Source of the DNA: a virus
Taxonomy: Duplodnaviria > Caudoviricetes
DNA length: 64,000 bases
IMG/VR virus record: IMGVR_UViG_3300034161_000008
Coordinates: 64,001 to 128,000 of that record
Strand: one strand, 5' to 3'
Of the stretch, positions 27,788 through 37,714 are shown piece by piece. Every line of letters begins with the position of its first letter. The stretch's first letter is position 1. A program made the position numbers and the translations under genes. The notes beneath the pieces were generated by a model. The model made no database searches. It worked only from the letters and a program-made list of their open reading frames with translations, and was not told the origin of the DNA.

Positions 27788-28722
27788 TACGAATTCCCTG
27801 TGTCTCTGGACAGGTTGTAGAAGATGATTCCTTTACCGTAGTAGTTCAAGCAATGCTCTTCACTGAGCTCTACGATCAACACCCGGTCCAGTCGTGTGTT
27901 GTACGGTTTAGGGTAATCGTCAGTCAGCACACCGTTGTACAGCACTTTCGCACCGAACAAGTTGTAGTTGGCAGGTTCGGTCTGTTGAACCCACGCTACG
28001 TCCACACCATCGCTCAACCCGTAGACGCGCGACATCCACACCACAGGAGCGTCACCCAGATCCGTGTCAAAGACTTGATCCGCTACCAAAGCTTTGAGCT
28101 CGGTGGCTACAATCACGCCGTTGGCATCGGGCAGTCGCAACGCCAGATTCGCCCTGGGGTCTGAGAAACGAAAGTAATCTTCTGGGGGTTGGATGACACT
28201 TGGCGGCAGCATCCGGGCGATGTTGGTTCGGTTCGTCGGTGTGATGACCACCGTGAGCTTGGAATTGTCCAGCTCCAAATATAGACGTCGGCTATAAGGA
28301 GAACCAGACAGAGCAGTACGGCCGTTGCTGTTAACTGCCAGCGCATAGTCGTCTACCTCTTTAAAGTCCTCAGCATCCCAATGAACTTCTGTTTGGGCAT
28401 TGAGAGCTTCGCGTACACGTCTTACGGTGTAGGGTGCATCAAGGTTGATGTGCCATTCGAAGCGAGAGAAGTAGTTGTCAGCAATGAAGCGATTGTAGAT
28501 GACGCTGGTTGCACCACCATAAATGGGAGGAGAGCCATCGGCACCCACAGTTCGTGCCTTGATCGCAAAAGAGACTTCGCGGTCATTGTACGAAAGCGTG
28601 TTGATACGTTCGATCGTGACTTGCGTCAATACCAGATCGACGTCTTGCCCGGACTTAATCAGGTCGTGAATCACCTGATCGCCTGAGCGTTTTAGAATAC
28701 CTGGGATGCCAGTGGCCATCAT
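27787..28722 (-). CDS. Tail-associated paralog-family protein (two-domain)
   Basis: YGGATSVIYNRF N-domain plus YNLFGAKVLYNG...YNTRLDRVLIVEL...YGKGIIFYN C-domain. Confidence 0.75.
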   Translation of the reverse strand: MMATGIPGILKRSGDQVIHDLIKSGQDVDLVLTQVTIERINTLSYNDREVSFAIKARTVGADGSPPIYGGATSVIYNRFIADNYFSRFEWHINLDAPYTVRRVREALNAQTEVHWDAEDFKEVDDYALAVNSNGRTALSGSPYSRRLYLELDNSKLTVVITPTNRTNIARMLPPSVIQPPEDYFRFSDPRANLALRLPDANGVIVATELKALVADQVFDTDLGDAPVVWMSRVYGLSDGVDVAWVQQTEPANYNLFGAKVLYNGVLTDDYPKPYNTRLDRVLIVELSEEHCLNYYGKGIIFYNLSRDTGNS

Positions 28723-29603
28723 TCTTTACCTGGGCTGAACTCTGGATTGAAATAAACCGTCACAATCCCCACAGGAGCGGTGCAGTAGAATGGATCTAAC
28801 AGCAGTCGCACGCAATGGGTCAGAGTTTGGTTGTAGTTAGCAGGCAGATGATCGGGTTTGAGCCCAACATAAATCACCTTGGCACCGCGTAGATTGTTGT
28901 TGGAGACAGCGTCTTGATCAACCCAACGGTCCAGTAAGTTCAACTGCACCAGAACGTCTTGGAAGGCCTTAACCAACGGAGCCTTGGCAACGTCCCCGTC
29001 GAGCACAGTGTCGACTGACAGGGCGTTCCAGAGGGCTGTGTGTAGGTTACCGTTAAGCTCGCCACCGTATTCCAACACCCAATGCTCAGGATCGAGCTCT
29101 TCCCCCAGATCTGCCAGACGGACAGGCGGTGGAAGGATCTTCTCAAGCTTGATCAGCTTGAGTAAGTTGATTGGGACTTCACCGTACCAGCGAAAGGACG
29201 AATCACGAGCCTTCAGCATGTACGGGTTAGCGTTGTCCTCAGTGATCAACTCCAGCACCACATCGGTCTCGTCAATCTTCAACCCTGTGCGGCGTTGGAG
29301 TTCAACCAGCAACAACATGGTGTTGGACGGCAGCGGGAGAGGAATCTCCAGATCAAAGGTGAAGAACAACCCAAGATCCAAACGCTTCCAGCGAACGTTG
29401 ACCGTGTTCTTGTACGGGAGGTTGTCGTTAGGACCTGAGGTAGGGCGAACCCCCAGAGTCCCTTCGACAGCATCCAACTCTGCTTGGCGTAACCGCAGCA
29501 AGGCATCTTCGTCACTGAGGATCGTGTCGTTAGCCTGGTTGAAGATATCCACCACAGAGGCTTTGGGCTCAAGGCCCAAAGTCTTTATGTTGTCCTGCGC
29601 CAT
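28719..29603 (-). CDS. Tail-associated paralog-family protein (two-domain)
   Basis: YKNTVNVRWKRLDL...RRTGLKIDETDV...SSFRWYG plus NNLRGAKVIYVG...YNQTLTHCVRLLLDPFY. Confidence 0.75.
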   Translation of the reverse strand: MAQDNIKTLGLEPKASVVDIFNQANDTILSDEDALLRLRQAELDAVEGTLGVRPTSGPNDNLPYKNTVNVRWKRLDLGLFFTFDLEIPLPLPSNTMLLLVELQRRTGLKIDETDVVLELITEDNANPYMLKARDSSFRWYGEVPINLLKLIKLEKILPPPVRLADLGEELDPEHWVLEYGGELNGNLHTALWNALSVDTVLDGDVAKAPLVKAFQDVLVQLNLLDRWVDQDAVSNNNLRGAKVIYVGLKPDHLPANYNQTLTHCVRLLLDPFYCTAPVGIVTVYFNPEFSPGKE

Positions 29604-29605
29604 CG

Positions 29606-31846
29606 TCAGTCTCCAGTGGAGTTGTAGACGTCCTTCAGAGTGGCCAGTTCATCCGTCGTCAGATAACTGAAGTCGAACATGTCTGGGTTCTTGGTGACGC
29701 TTTCCAGAGACTCAGCATCGGTCTCCGGGATTTTGATATACACAGGCGCAGAGTTCATCCGAGCGTGCCACGTTACTGGCGCTGCTTGACCTACGGCTGG
29801 CAGGTGAGGCTTAACAATGATGTCCAGCTTTGCCGTGTGGCTGCTGTGACTATGGTAAGCAAACTGAGGACCTTCGATCCCCAAGTCCCACGGAATAATC
29901 GCCTTGGATCGCTCCTTGGTTTTATAGTGGTTCACCACAGCGTTACCCCACTTCGCAATACCTGCCGAGTGTTGGAACGTGTCGCCGATACGAATCATTG
30001 GCCAGTCGAACATTTTGATCGACGAAGAGTTGATCGACGTCAGGAACTGCACCGAGTAGCTGGACAGCTGGGTCATCAGTCGCACGAGCGCAGCTTGCAA
30101 GTCTTTAACGGACTTGGTCGTGGAGAGGTTAATCCCCGTAGCGTTCTTGAGAATGTCGACGTACAGCAAACCCAACTCGTTCTGAGTGAAGTCAGTGATC
30201 TTGATGTTGCGAGCAGCCAGCCAGTTGACGTACAGTTCGCCATCACCTTTAAACACACAACCCACGTCAGCGTAGATGCGAGACACCATGCCGTGCGTGA
30301 AGCCACGAGCAACGTGGTGTTCTTGCAGCGAGATCAAACCACGCTGAATCTGTGCCGAGTCGTAGATGTCTTGGCAGATGTTGAAGAACGCCTCAGTCGA
30401 GATGATAGAGTCGCCCGGCAGGATCTGCGGCTGTTGGCTCAGAGCTTTGTCGATGTAGTCGTCACCGACCAGACGCGCAGTCACGATCGACTTCAGCGTA
30501 GCCTTAGATGGCAGCGGCACGTTCTGAACGCGCAGAGCAGCCACAGGCTCGACGTACTTCAAAGGCAACCCGATGCTACCAAACAAACAGTAGATCATCG
30601 TAGCCCACGCCTCCTGAGCTGTCATGGGCATGCGTTCGGCAGTACGAGGGTTGGTGATCCCGATCACGACATTATAAATGCCATGGGTCGAAAGATGCAG
30701 CCACTCGTTCAGCAGAATGTCTTCCAGCGCCCAAGGAGTAGCTCCCGTGCGATCGACCATGTCCGACTCTAACGCCTTGGTCAGGAGTACGTTGGACAGG
30801 GAGTTCTCCATCAGCGTTTTGACCACAGGTGCGGTCTCGGCTTGATACTTGGAGTTGTCCCGTGCGACAGGGTCTTCCTTGAGCAACAGCGTACTCAAAG
30901 AGATCGTATCGTTAGGATCGATGTTGTAACCCAAGTTCACAGGAGCGCGTTTGAACGCAAGCGTCGGGTAATCTTCTTCCGGCTGACCGGTTAAATTATG
31001 ACGCATCGTAAACTCGGCCAGCGGGATAGTCCGCTTGGTCAGGATATTGTCCACCAGCCAATGGAAGGTTTCGGCGTGCCCTGGGTTGTGGTTGATGTAC
31101 TCAATGTTGCGGTACAGCCACAGAGCTTGCGCCGTGTCCAGAGTATCGATGAACGTGTCCAGATAACCGTGAGACGCCAGATACTGCTTAACGTGGTAGC
31201 TGTGCACCTCGTTAGTTTTGCAAGCTGCCAGACGAAAGTTCGTGATCGCAGGCAGCAAGCCCAGATACATGATCCCGTGTTCGAAGACTGGATAAAGGTC
31301 ATCGCTCAGCTTGAACGCATCGTTGGTGTAACGGCCTTTATAGCCGTAGAGCCAGTTCTGCAAACGAAGCATCAGTGTGTATTCATTCGACTCCACCAAC
31401 GAAGGCTTATACCCACCCAGGATCGTACGGTCAGGAGCTTTGATTGCAAACGCCTTGTCGATCGGGTTCAGGATGCCTAGGATCAGATCTTCCTGGTTAG
31501 GGTATTGAGACAGCAGTTCGTTGTAGTAGCGAGTCCCGTAGGCGTATTCACGACGGGTGCGGGTGTGGAGCTGAAGATTTTCCTTGGTAAAAGTTATTTT
31601 TTCCGAGGTATCCATTGAGACGACATACATCATCTCGCGTGTAAAGTGGTACTCGCCAGCCAAGGTCATGTAGTACAACCAAGTCTCCGGCTCAAGCTCA
31701 GACACTTTGTCTGCACCAAACCAATCCGCCACGTACTGGTTTAGGCCAGCCACTGAGTCGGTCGATTTCACAACAACAGTTTCTGCGAGCTCTGTACAGG
31801 TTGCCTCGTACAGTTCGAAGTAGTTATTACTCATGGTCTTGTCCAT
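29606..31846 (-). CDS. Large virion/baseplate protein (phiKZ gp128-like)
   Basis: About 740 aa, head-to-head with the portal gene; WLYYMTLAGEYH and WLYRNIEYI..NPG...TF.WLV motifs. Confidence 0.7.
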   Translation of the reverse strand: MDKTMSNNYFELYEATCTELAETVVVKSTDSVAGLNQYVADWFGADKVSELEPETWLYYMTLAGEYHFTREMMYVVSMDTSEKITFTKENLQLHTRTRREYAYGTRYYNELLSQYPNQEDLILGILNPIDKAFAIKAPDRTILGGYKPSLVESNEYTLMLRLQNWLYGYKGRYTNDAFKLSDDLYPVFEHGIMYLGLLPAITNFRLAACKTNEVHSYHVKQYLASHGYLDTFIDTLDTAQALWLYRNIEYINHNPGHAETFHWLVDNILTKRTIPLAEFTMRHNLTGQPEEDYPTLAFKRAPVNLGYNIDPNDTISLSTLLLKEDPVARDNSKYQAETAPVVKTLMENSLSNVLLTKALESDMVDRTGATPWALEDILLNEWLHLSTHGIYNVVIGITNPRTAERMPMTAQEAWATMIYCLFGSIGLPLKYVEPVAALRVQNVPLPSKATLKSIVTARLVGDDYIDKALSQQPQILPGDSIISTEAFFNICQDIYDSAQIQRGLISLQEHHVARGFTHGMVSRIYADVGCVFKGDGELYVNWLAARNIKITDFTQNELGLLYVDILKNATGINLSTTKSVKDLQAALVRLMTQLSSYSVQFLTSINSSSIKMFDWPMIRIGDTFQHSAGIAKWGNAVVNHYKTKERSKAIIPWDLGIEGPQFAYHSHSSHTAKLDIIVKPHLPAVGQAAPVTWHARMNSAPVYIKIPETDAESLESVTKNPDMFDFSYLTTDELATLKDVYNSTGD

Positions 31847-31868
31847 TAAACAGAGGTAGGTTTCAGAG

Positions 31869-34604
31869 ATGCCACCAAAAACTTTCAGTGCGGTAATCGA
31901 GCTGGCGAACAGCGGTCAGCGGTTCCCGGTGATGAAACTTGCCAAGGATGATCCCAGCCTCGCGGCAATGATCAGCAAGCTTGTCGCTGCTCCAGAAGCC
32001 CCCAAGTACGGTAACGATGGTAACCGCACTCCGGATATTCCTAATGCTGCTGCTTTCCAAGCAGCATCTAACCAAATCGGGTCCAACGTCACCGACGCCC
32101 GTACCACCATGCAGCTGCTGCCAGACATGGAGTTGTCTGCACAGATTCTGATTTCTTCGGTGTTGTCGCCTAAGGACATGACGACTACCGAGTTCACCAT
32201 CGTACCGCCGGAAGGCTTGGTAGATGCTGAAACTCAGGCGGCTTTGGTGGCTCGTCTACGCACACATTTTGAGCAAGACTATAAAATAAAGCCGCTTCTT
32301 CCAAAGATCCTGCGGGATATGCTCTTCGAAACAGGCAGTTACCCTGTAGCTGTTATTCCGGAGAACAGTCTGGACGAGGCGATCAACGCCGACTCACGGA
32401 TTACGATGGAGTCGCTGGCTGAATTCTTCGACCCTGAAGGCACTCCTTTGCCATTGGGTTTGTTGGGTCCTGCCGCTGTTGTGGCTACACCTCCTCGCAA
32501 GCGTCCTGGGTTGTCGATGGAAGGCATCCAGAGCTACAAGCCTAACGTTGCCATTGAGCAGATGGTGACCTTCCCTGGTGCGTTCCCAACGCCTGTGGAC
32601 GACACGTTCCTCTCGGTGTCCGATAACCCATCGGTACTGAAGATTCCTGCGTTGAACCAGCGTGTGCGTGAAGCGCGTGTGTTGGATGCGTTGGGTTCGC
32701 GTGCAATGGAATCGTTCAGCCATAAGCTCAACGACCGCCAGTTGACTGGCTTGGTCTACAAGCAGCGCGAGTATGGCTATCGTCCGATTGCCTCCCTGAA
32801 GACTCAGGAACAGCTCAAGCGCCGTACCGTGGGCGAACCCCTGATTACTCGATTCCCTTCGGAGTCGGTGATCCCGGTTCACGTGCCTTCGTCGCCTGAA
32901 GTGCATATCGGCTACTTCATCATGGTTGATGCTGACGGTTATCCTGTTTCGGTGGGGTCCTCCAAAGACTACTACCAGCAGATGTCTCAACGTCTGTCAG
33001 GTGCCGGTGGCGGTGGCTTTGCATCCTCCATGCTTGCGAAAGTACAGAACGGGATGGATGGCTTCAACTTGGGCCGCTCTGATCACCAAGAGCATTCCAA
33101 GAAGACGTTTGCCTCGATGGTTGAAGCTGACCTACTGGGTCGCCTGCGTAACGGCGTGTACGGCAATGGCGTAGCGCTGGCCAAAAACGACGACATGTAC
33201 ATGATCATGCTCGCTCGTATGTTGGCTAAGCAACACACGCAGATGCTGTTCCTGCCTGTGGAGTTGATGACGTACTTCGCATTCCGCTACAACGAAAACG
33301 GTATCGGTGAGTCGCTGATGGACGGGATGAAAATCCTGAACTCCCTGCGCGCAATGCTGATGTTCGCTGACGTAATGGCGGCTGTGCGTAACTCGATCGG
33401 CCGTACCGACGTGAAGCTGAAACTCGATGAGGATGATCCTGATCCGAAGAAAGCCATCGAGATCATGCAGCACGAAATCATCAACAGCCGTAAACAGGCG
33501 TTCCCTCTGGGTGCGAACAGTCCTACCGATCTGGTGGACTACCTGACCAAAGCTGGTTATGAGTTCTCGTACGAAGGTCATCCTGGCCTGCCGGATATCT
33601 CGGTAGAGTTCTCGGAGAAGAACACCAACTACACCAAGTCCGACCCAGACCTCACTGAGTATCTGCGTAAGGCTGCTATCGGTGCGGTAGGTCTCTCGCC
33701 AGAGAACGTGGACGCAGGCTTCCAAGCTGAGTTCGCAACCTCCATCGTGTCCAACAACCTGTTGCTCACCAAACGTGTTATGCAGATTCAGGAAGGCTTC
33801 ACGCCTCAACTGGCTGACCACATGCGTAAAGTGGCAATGAACTCGGAAAACCTCTGCACTGATTTGATGAAAATCATTTCTGATAACTTCGCGAAACTGA
33901 AAATCGAAGAGATCAAGAATGATCAAACCACTGATGAGCAGCGCCTCAACGACAAACAGTACGTGTGCAATAAAGTGCTGCGTGACTTCCTGCTGAACTT
34001 CGAAGTGACTCTGCCGTCGCCTAACTCGGTGACGCTGGACAACCAAGTCGAAGCGTTGAAGGTTTACTCCGAAGCATTGGACGCTGGTCTGGAGCACGTG
34101 ATCTCTGATTCGTTCTTCACGCAAGACGTTGGTGGCGAAGCTGCCAGTCTCGTAGGTCCGGCTAAAGCTATTGTGAAGGCGCAGCTGATGCGTACTTACA
34201 TGGCCGACAACGGCATCCTGCCAGAGCTGTTGGAAATCACCACACTGGGCGACGACAACAAACCGATGATTGACTTTGCTGGTCAATACACGGCTCACGT
34301 CGAAGCACTGACCAAAGCATTGGGTGCGTTGGCTGTTGGTCTGCATCCTCTGAAAGCTGCTACGGACGAAATCATCCAAGGTACGGGTGACCAACTCCAA
34401 GGCGGTGGTGACAACAACGAGAACACAGATGAGAACGCTGGCGGTGAGGAAGAGGGCGGTCCATTCGGCGACGACGAGAAAGATCTCTTCGCTGAAGAAC
34501 CCGAAACTCCAGAGACTCCTGAAACTGGCGTAGATAATCCACCAGCCGAAGAGAAACCAGCTGAAACTCCTCCTGAAGAAGAGGAAGAAGAGCCTGCTGA
34601 GTAA
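31869..34604 (+). CDS. Portal protein (phiKZ gp129-like)
   Basis: 911 aa; LLPDMELSAQILISSVLSPKDM, TGSYPVAVIPE and FAFRYNENGIGESL; acidic disordered C-terminal tail. Confidence 0.8.
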   Translation: MPPKTFSAVIELANSGQRFPVMKLAKDDPSLAAMISKLVAAPEAPKYGNDGNRTPDIPNAAAFQAASNQIGSNVTDARTTMQLLPDMELSAQILISSVLSPKDMTTTEFTIVPPEGLVDAETQAALVARLRTHFEQDYKIKPLLPKILRDMLFETGSYPVAVIPENSLDEAINADSRITMESLAEFFDPEGTPLPLGLLGPAAVVATPPRKRPGLSMEGIQSYKPNVAIEQMVTFPGAFPTPVDDTFLSVSDNPSVLKIPALNQRVREARVLDALGSRAMESFSHKLNDRQLTGLVYKQREYGYRPIASLKTQEQLKRRTVGEPLITRFPSESVIPVHVPSSPEVHIGYFIMVDADGYPVSVGSSKDYYQQMSQRLSGAGGGGFASSMLAKVQNGMDGFNLGRSDHQEHSKKTFASMVEADLLGRLRNGVYGNGVALAKNDDMYMIMLARMLAKQHTQMLFLPVELMTYFAFRYNENGIGESLMDGMKILNSLRAMLMFADVMAAVRNSIGRTDVKLKLDEDDPDPKKAIEIMQHEIINSRKQAFPLGANSPTDLVDYLTKAGYEFSYEGHPGLPDISVEFSEKNTNYTKSDPDLTEYLRKAAIGAVGLSPENVDAGFQAEFATSIVSNNLLLTKRVMQIQEGFTPQLADHMRKVAMNSENLCTDLMKIISDNFAKLKIEEIKNDQTTDEQRLNDKQYVCNKVLRDFLLNFEVTLPSPNSVTLDNQVEALKVYSEALDAGLEHVISDSFFTQDVGGEAASLVGPAKAIVKAQLMRTYMADNGILPELLEITTLGDDNKPMIDFAGQYTAHVEALTKALGALAVGLHPLKAATDEIIQGTGDQLQGGGDNNENTDENAGGEEEGGPFGDDEKDLFAEEPETPETPETGVDNPPAEEKPAETPPEEEEEEPAE

Positions 34605-34614
34605 CTCCTGAAGC

Positions 34615-34678
34615 AAAAAAAAAAGAGGTTGGTATGGACATAGCCCCCTACCCCGAAGGGTAGGGGGTTTATGCCGTC
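34615..34678. terminator. CATA-hairpin-TATG element with upstream A10 tract
   Basis: A10...gacatag CCCCCTACCC cgaa GGGTAGGGGG tttatgccgt. Confidence 0.78.
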
Positions 34679-35070
34679 TACTGAACTACTTCGCTCTCAA
34701 CCTTGAAGCCGTGGAAACGAGCTTCTACTTTCTCCACGTTTTGCTGGCTGATTGATACATCACCCTGCACGACATCGATCCCGACTACGAAAGCTCGGAA
34801 CATGTGTGGGCGGGTTTTGTAGATTGCATTCAGCATGTCCGAAGCATCAGCACAGGCGTCGTCCATGATGTCGTAATCGCTTTTGTGAGCGTACTGATCG
34901 TAGTCGTGGTAGCAAGGGTTGTTACGGTAGCTGTACATCGGCACCGTTTCCAAAGCCTCGCCAGTCAACGCACCACGAACAATAGATGCGATTGCACCAT
35001 TGATTTCTGGATCAGCACCAACTACCAACACCACCACATCTGAATCGCGAGGGTTCGGGTTCTCACTCAT
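34678..35070 (-). CDS. Paralog-array protein 7
   Basis: VVLVVGAD...AIASIVRGAL and MLNAIYKTRPHMF...GIDVVQGDVSI. Confidence 0.75.
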   Translation of the reverse strand: MSENPNPRDSDVVVLVVGADPEINGAIASIVRGALTGEALETVPMYSYRNNPCYHDYDQYAHKSDYDIMDDACADASDMLNAIYKTRPHMFRAFVVGIDVVQGDVSISQQNVEKVEARFHGFKVESEVVQ

Positions 35071-35079
35071 TGCAGTCCC

Positions 35080-35613
35080 TTACGGATAGATGGTGGTCAG
35101 GATTTGATCGACAACCTTTTCTTTGCCGATCGCTACGTGCGCAGTATGTCGAACTTCTTTAGTGATAGAAACATCACCTTTGACGATCTCAACACCGATA
35201 CGCATCTGGCCACGAGTGATGGCCGGATACGCAAAGCACATGCCTTCCCAGACGCTCTCGACTTCATCGAGGATCTTCTGGTTTTGGTCGTCGCGAGACT
35301 CATCGTGAAATTGCTCTCGGATGTCGACGTAGTCAACAAAGTTAGCAGCTTCTTGCAGATTACCCAACGGCACCGTAGGCACCGCCAAATACTGCTCGAC
35401 GAACGTGCGCAGGCAGTTAGCCAGCGCCGCAGTTACACGGTCGTCATTACCCACAACCAACAACGCCACTTCAGGAATACTTTCAGTGATGTCGTGCTTG
35501 GTGAGGATAGCTGGCACGTAAGCTTTTGGTTTCAGCCCAGCAGCAGCGATCTCCAGCTCTTCTTGCAACGTACCCATTGGCTTAGCCTTAGATACTTGAC
35601 GAGAGTTGCTCAT
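35080..35613 (-). CDS. Paralog-array protein 6
   Basis: ALLVVGND...AALANCL and YPAI...GVEIVKGDVSI; true start may be downstream. Confidence 0.75.
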   Translation of the reverse strand: MSNSRQVSKAKPMGTLQEELEIAAAGLKPKAYVPAILTKHDITESIPEVALLVVGNDDRVTAALANCLRTFVEQYLAVPTVPLGNLQEAANFVDYVDIREQFHDESRDDQNQKILDEVESVWEGMCFAYPAITRGQMRIGVEIVKGDVSITKEVRHTAHVAIGKEKVVDQILTTIYP

Positions 35614-36043
35614 TCGCTACGACCTCCGCCTTAGGAATGTACAGCGGGTTGATGACGTCCACAGTAACCATAATGCCACGAGGGGTGTGAGATGCACCCA
35701 CTGGCAGTTTCGCTGTGAATTTGTGGAACTCAGGCTCCAGATACATGTCGGCGTTGCCAGTGAAGACCGTATCTTGATCAACGATAAACAAAGGCAGACC
35801 CAGATTGCGACCGATGGCGTGACCGTAACCGATGGTCAAGTTGTCAGGCACGGTCAGGCCCTGCTCAACCAAAGCTTCGATTGCCAGTGCATTCAGACTT
35901 ACTTCTGCCTGTTCGCCCACGTACGGTACGTACACGTACATGGTGTACGTTTGCGAGTTGTGGATCTTTATTGCCCGTACAGAGGCCACCGCGAGGTCGT
36001 CGGGTAGCGACGGTACTTCCAGCTGTTGATTCGTAGTAAGCAT
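35588..36043 (-). CDS. Hypothetical protein within paralog array (possibly a divergent member)
   Basis: TAATG coupling to the upstream gene; weak beta-alpha...GL similarity to the family. Confidence 0.7.
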   Translation of the reverse strand: MLTTNQQLEVPSLPDDLAVASVRAIKIHNSQTYTMYVYVPYVGEQAEVSLNALAIEALVEQGLTVPDNLTIGYGHAIGRNLGLPLFIVDQDTVFTGNADMYLEPEFHKFTAKLPVGASHTPRGIMVTVDVINPLYIPKAEVVANEQLSSSI

Positions 36044-36555
36044 TAGTCTTCTACCTCTTCGAGTTCTTCTTGCAGCAGCATGGGTGCCTGGTCGTTATCA
36101 TCGGAGTCCAAGATGACGGCCATGCGCGCGTTGTGGTCGAAGCTGTCGGTGGACAGGTCTGGCATGCCAGCAGCCACGTAAGCTTTCATTGCCTCGACTT
36201 GCTCAGGCGACGGAGGTTCGCGATCGAACGACACGTTCTGAGTGGTCGGGGTCATTACGAACAGACTGTTCCAATTGTCCGTTCCGTCAGTGTCTTCGAT
36301 GATCATGCCGTGTGCATCAGGCACTGCAATAACGTGGATGTTCTCACTGAAAAGATGTGGGCGAGTGTCCTGAATCACATCCAGCAGACTCAGGGAGGAT
36401 GGAGCTTCGCCAACAGTTTCACGAACTACGGCACCAAAACCTTGCTGATGCAAAGTGTCGGCAATCAGCACGGTCAGAATGTTTCGGTCTTCCAGACGTC
36501 CGCCTGTGACCAACACGTTCAAGTCCATGTCGATTTCTTTATCGTCCAAATTCAT
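36043..36555 (-). CDS. Paralog-array protein 4
   Basis: LNVLVTGG...LIADTLHQQGF and SLLDVIQDTRPHLF. Confidence 0.78.
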   Translation of the reverse strand: MNLDDKEIDMDLNVLVTGGRLEDRNILTVLIADTLHQQGFGAVVRETVGEAPSSLSLLDVIQDTRPHLFSENIHVIAVPDAHGMIIEDTDGTDNWNSLFVMTPTTQNVSFDREPPSPEQVEAMKAYVAAGMPDLSTDSFDHNARMAVILDSDDNDQAPMLLQEELEEVED

Positions 36556-36581
36556 TGCACATACTCGTTGGGTGGGTACAG

Positions 36582-36622
36582 AGCATAAAGCCCCCTAGGC
36601 AGTTTTTACCACCTAGGGGTTT
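36582..36622 (-). terminator. Hairpin followed by TATG (minus strand) inside paralog array
   Basis: agcataaagc CCCCTAGG ... CCTAGGGG ttt. Confidence 0.65.
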
Positions 36623-36624
36623 GT

Positions 36625-37203
36625 TCAGAAGCTCTTGATGTGGACGTCGTTGTCGAGAGTCATCTCACGAACTTGAACGTTCATACCACCAGCCTTGAGT
36701 GCAGCGTTTGCCATTTCAAGCGCAGCCAGAGGACCGTTCTCTTGGAACAGTTCTTTGAGACTTGCATGATAGACCTTAACGCCTTCAGCTACAGCAGCAT
36801 CAATAGCGACAGCTTTCTGATGATCCAGTTGTTCTGCATTACGCAGAATGCCAGTCATCTCCGCTGCCAGTGAATCCCCAGCCGGAGTACCGATTTGCGG
36901 CCATGCCGACAAAGCAGAAGCAATTGCCGTATCGGAGATGCCGCGCAGGAACTCACGCGCAGTTTCGGAAGGCTTGTACTGATAACCTTCGTACGCTGCG
37001 ATATCCACACCAGCCTTGAAGTGCGCAGGCACCATTCGCTCAACTGCTTCCAGCATCGAGATGGTGTCGCCGACCTGCCGTGTGAAGTGTACGTTTTCGA
37101 ACCCGTGGGTACGTAACGCATCTTCAATCACTTTTCCAACAGCGGTACGAGAGATGTCGTCGCCATTGGAAATCAACACACTAACTGGGAGCGGATTTTC
37201 CAT
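36625..37203 (-). CDS. Paralog-array protein 3
   Basis: VSVLISNG...RTAVGKVIEDALRTHGF and SMLEAVERMVPAHF. Confidence 0.78.
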   Translation of the reverse strand: MENPLPVSVLISNGDDISRTAVGKVIEDALRTHGFENVHFTRQVGDTISMLEAVERMVPAHFKAGVDIAAYEGYQYKPSETAREFLRGISDTAIASALSAWPQIGTPAGDSLAAEMTGILRNAEQLDHQKAVAIDAAVAEGVKVYHASLKELFQENGPLAALEMANAALKAGGMNVQVREMTLDNDVHIKSF

Positions 37204-37205
37204 AG

Positions 37206-37712
37206 TTAAGCCTCAACAGGGCCGTAGGTGGCGCCGTCAGTTGTAGTGAAAGAAACAACGCGCTGCTGCTGACCAGCTTTGCGCAGAATATCGTTGGCTG
37301 CATCGAGAACAACGGCATCGCCGCCCTCTGCATACAGTTTACCGAAGAGTTCGTTTTCGAGGCGGATCTGCTTGAGGCGAGATTCTTGAATCTCTGCATC
37401 GGAACGTGGCGGAGCCTTCGGACCCGCATCAGCTTCGTACATGGTTTCCATCAGATTGGAGACCGCGTTGCTGGCACCTTCGTAGTCTTCCGACGTGGTC
37501 AGGCTGTACTGTTCGATAACTACCGGAGTGTCGAACATCTCCGGAGCATTGAGCAGCTCACTCACCGCATCCATCATCGACATTGGCGTAGCGTTGCACG
37601 TTACGTCGGTGAACTTACGGCGCCCCAGATCTTCTTGCAGCGCACCAGCAACAGCGGTACGCAGATAGGGATTGCCACCGGTGATCAGAACGTTTACTTG
37701 ATTGGTAGACAT
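37206..37712 (-). CDS. Paralog-array protein 2
   Basis: VNVLITGG...RTAVAGALQEDL..RKF and SMMDAV...APEMF. Confidence 0.78.
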   Translation of the reverse strand: MSTNQVNVLITGGNPYLRTAVAGALQEDLGRRKFTDVTCNATPMSMMDAVSELLNAPEMFDTPVVIEQYSLTTSEDYEGASNAVSNLMETMYEADAGPKAPPRSDAEIQESRLKQIRLENELFGKLYAEGGDAVVLDAANDILRKAGQQQRVVSFTTTDGATYGPVEA

Positions 37713-37714
37713 GT

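Noticed and set aside
34381-34604. Acidic E/P-rich repeats at the portal C-terminus
   Set aside because: A low-complexity acidic tail is usual for phiKZ-type portal proteins and is not a separate element.
34615-34624. A10 tracts (also 60044-60053) as phase-variable slippage sites
   Set aside because: Both are intergenic and adjacent to hairpins, so they are best explained as terminator U-tracts on the minus strand.
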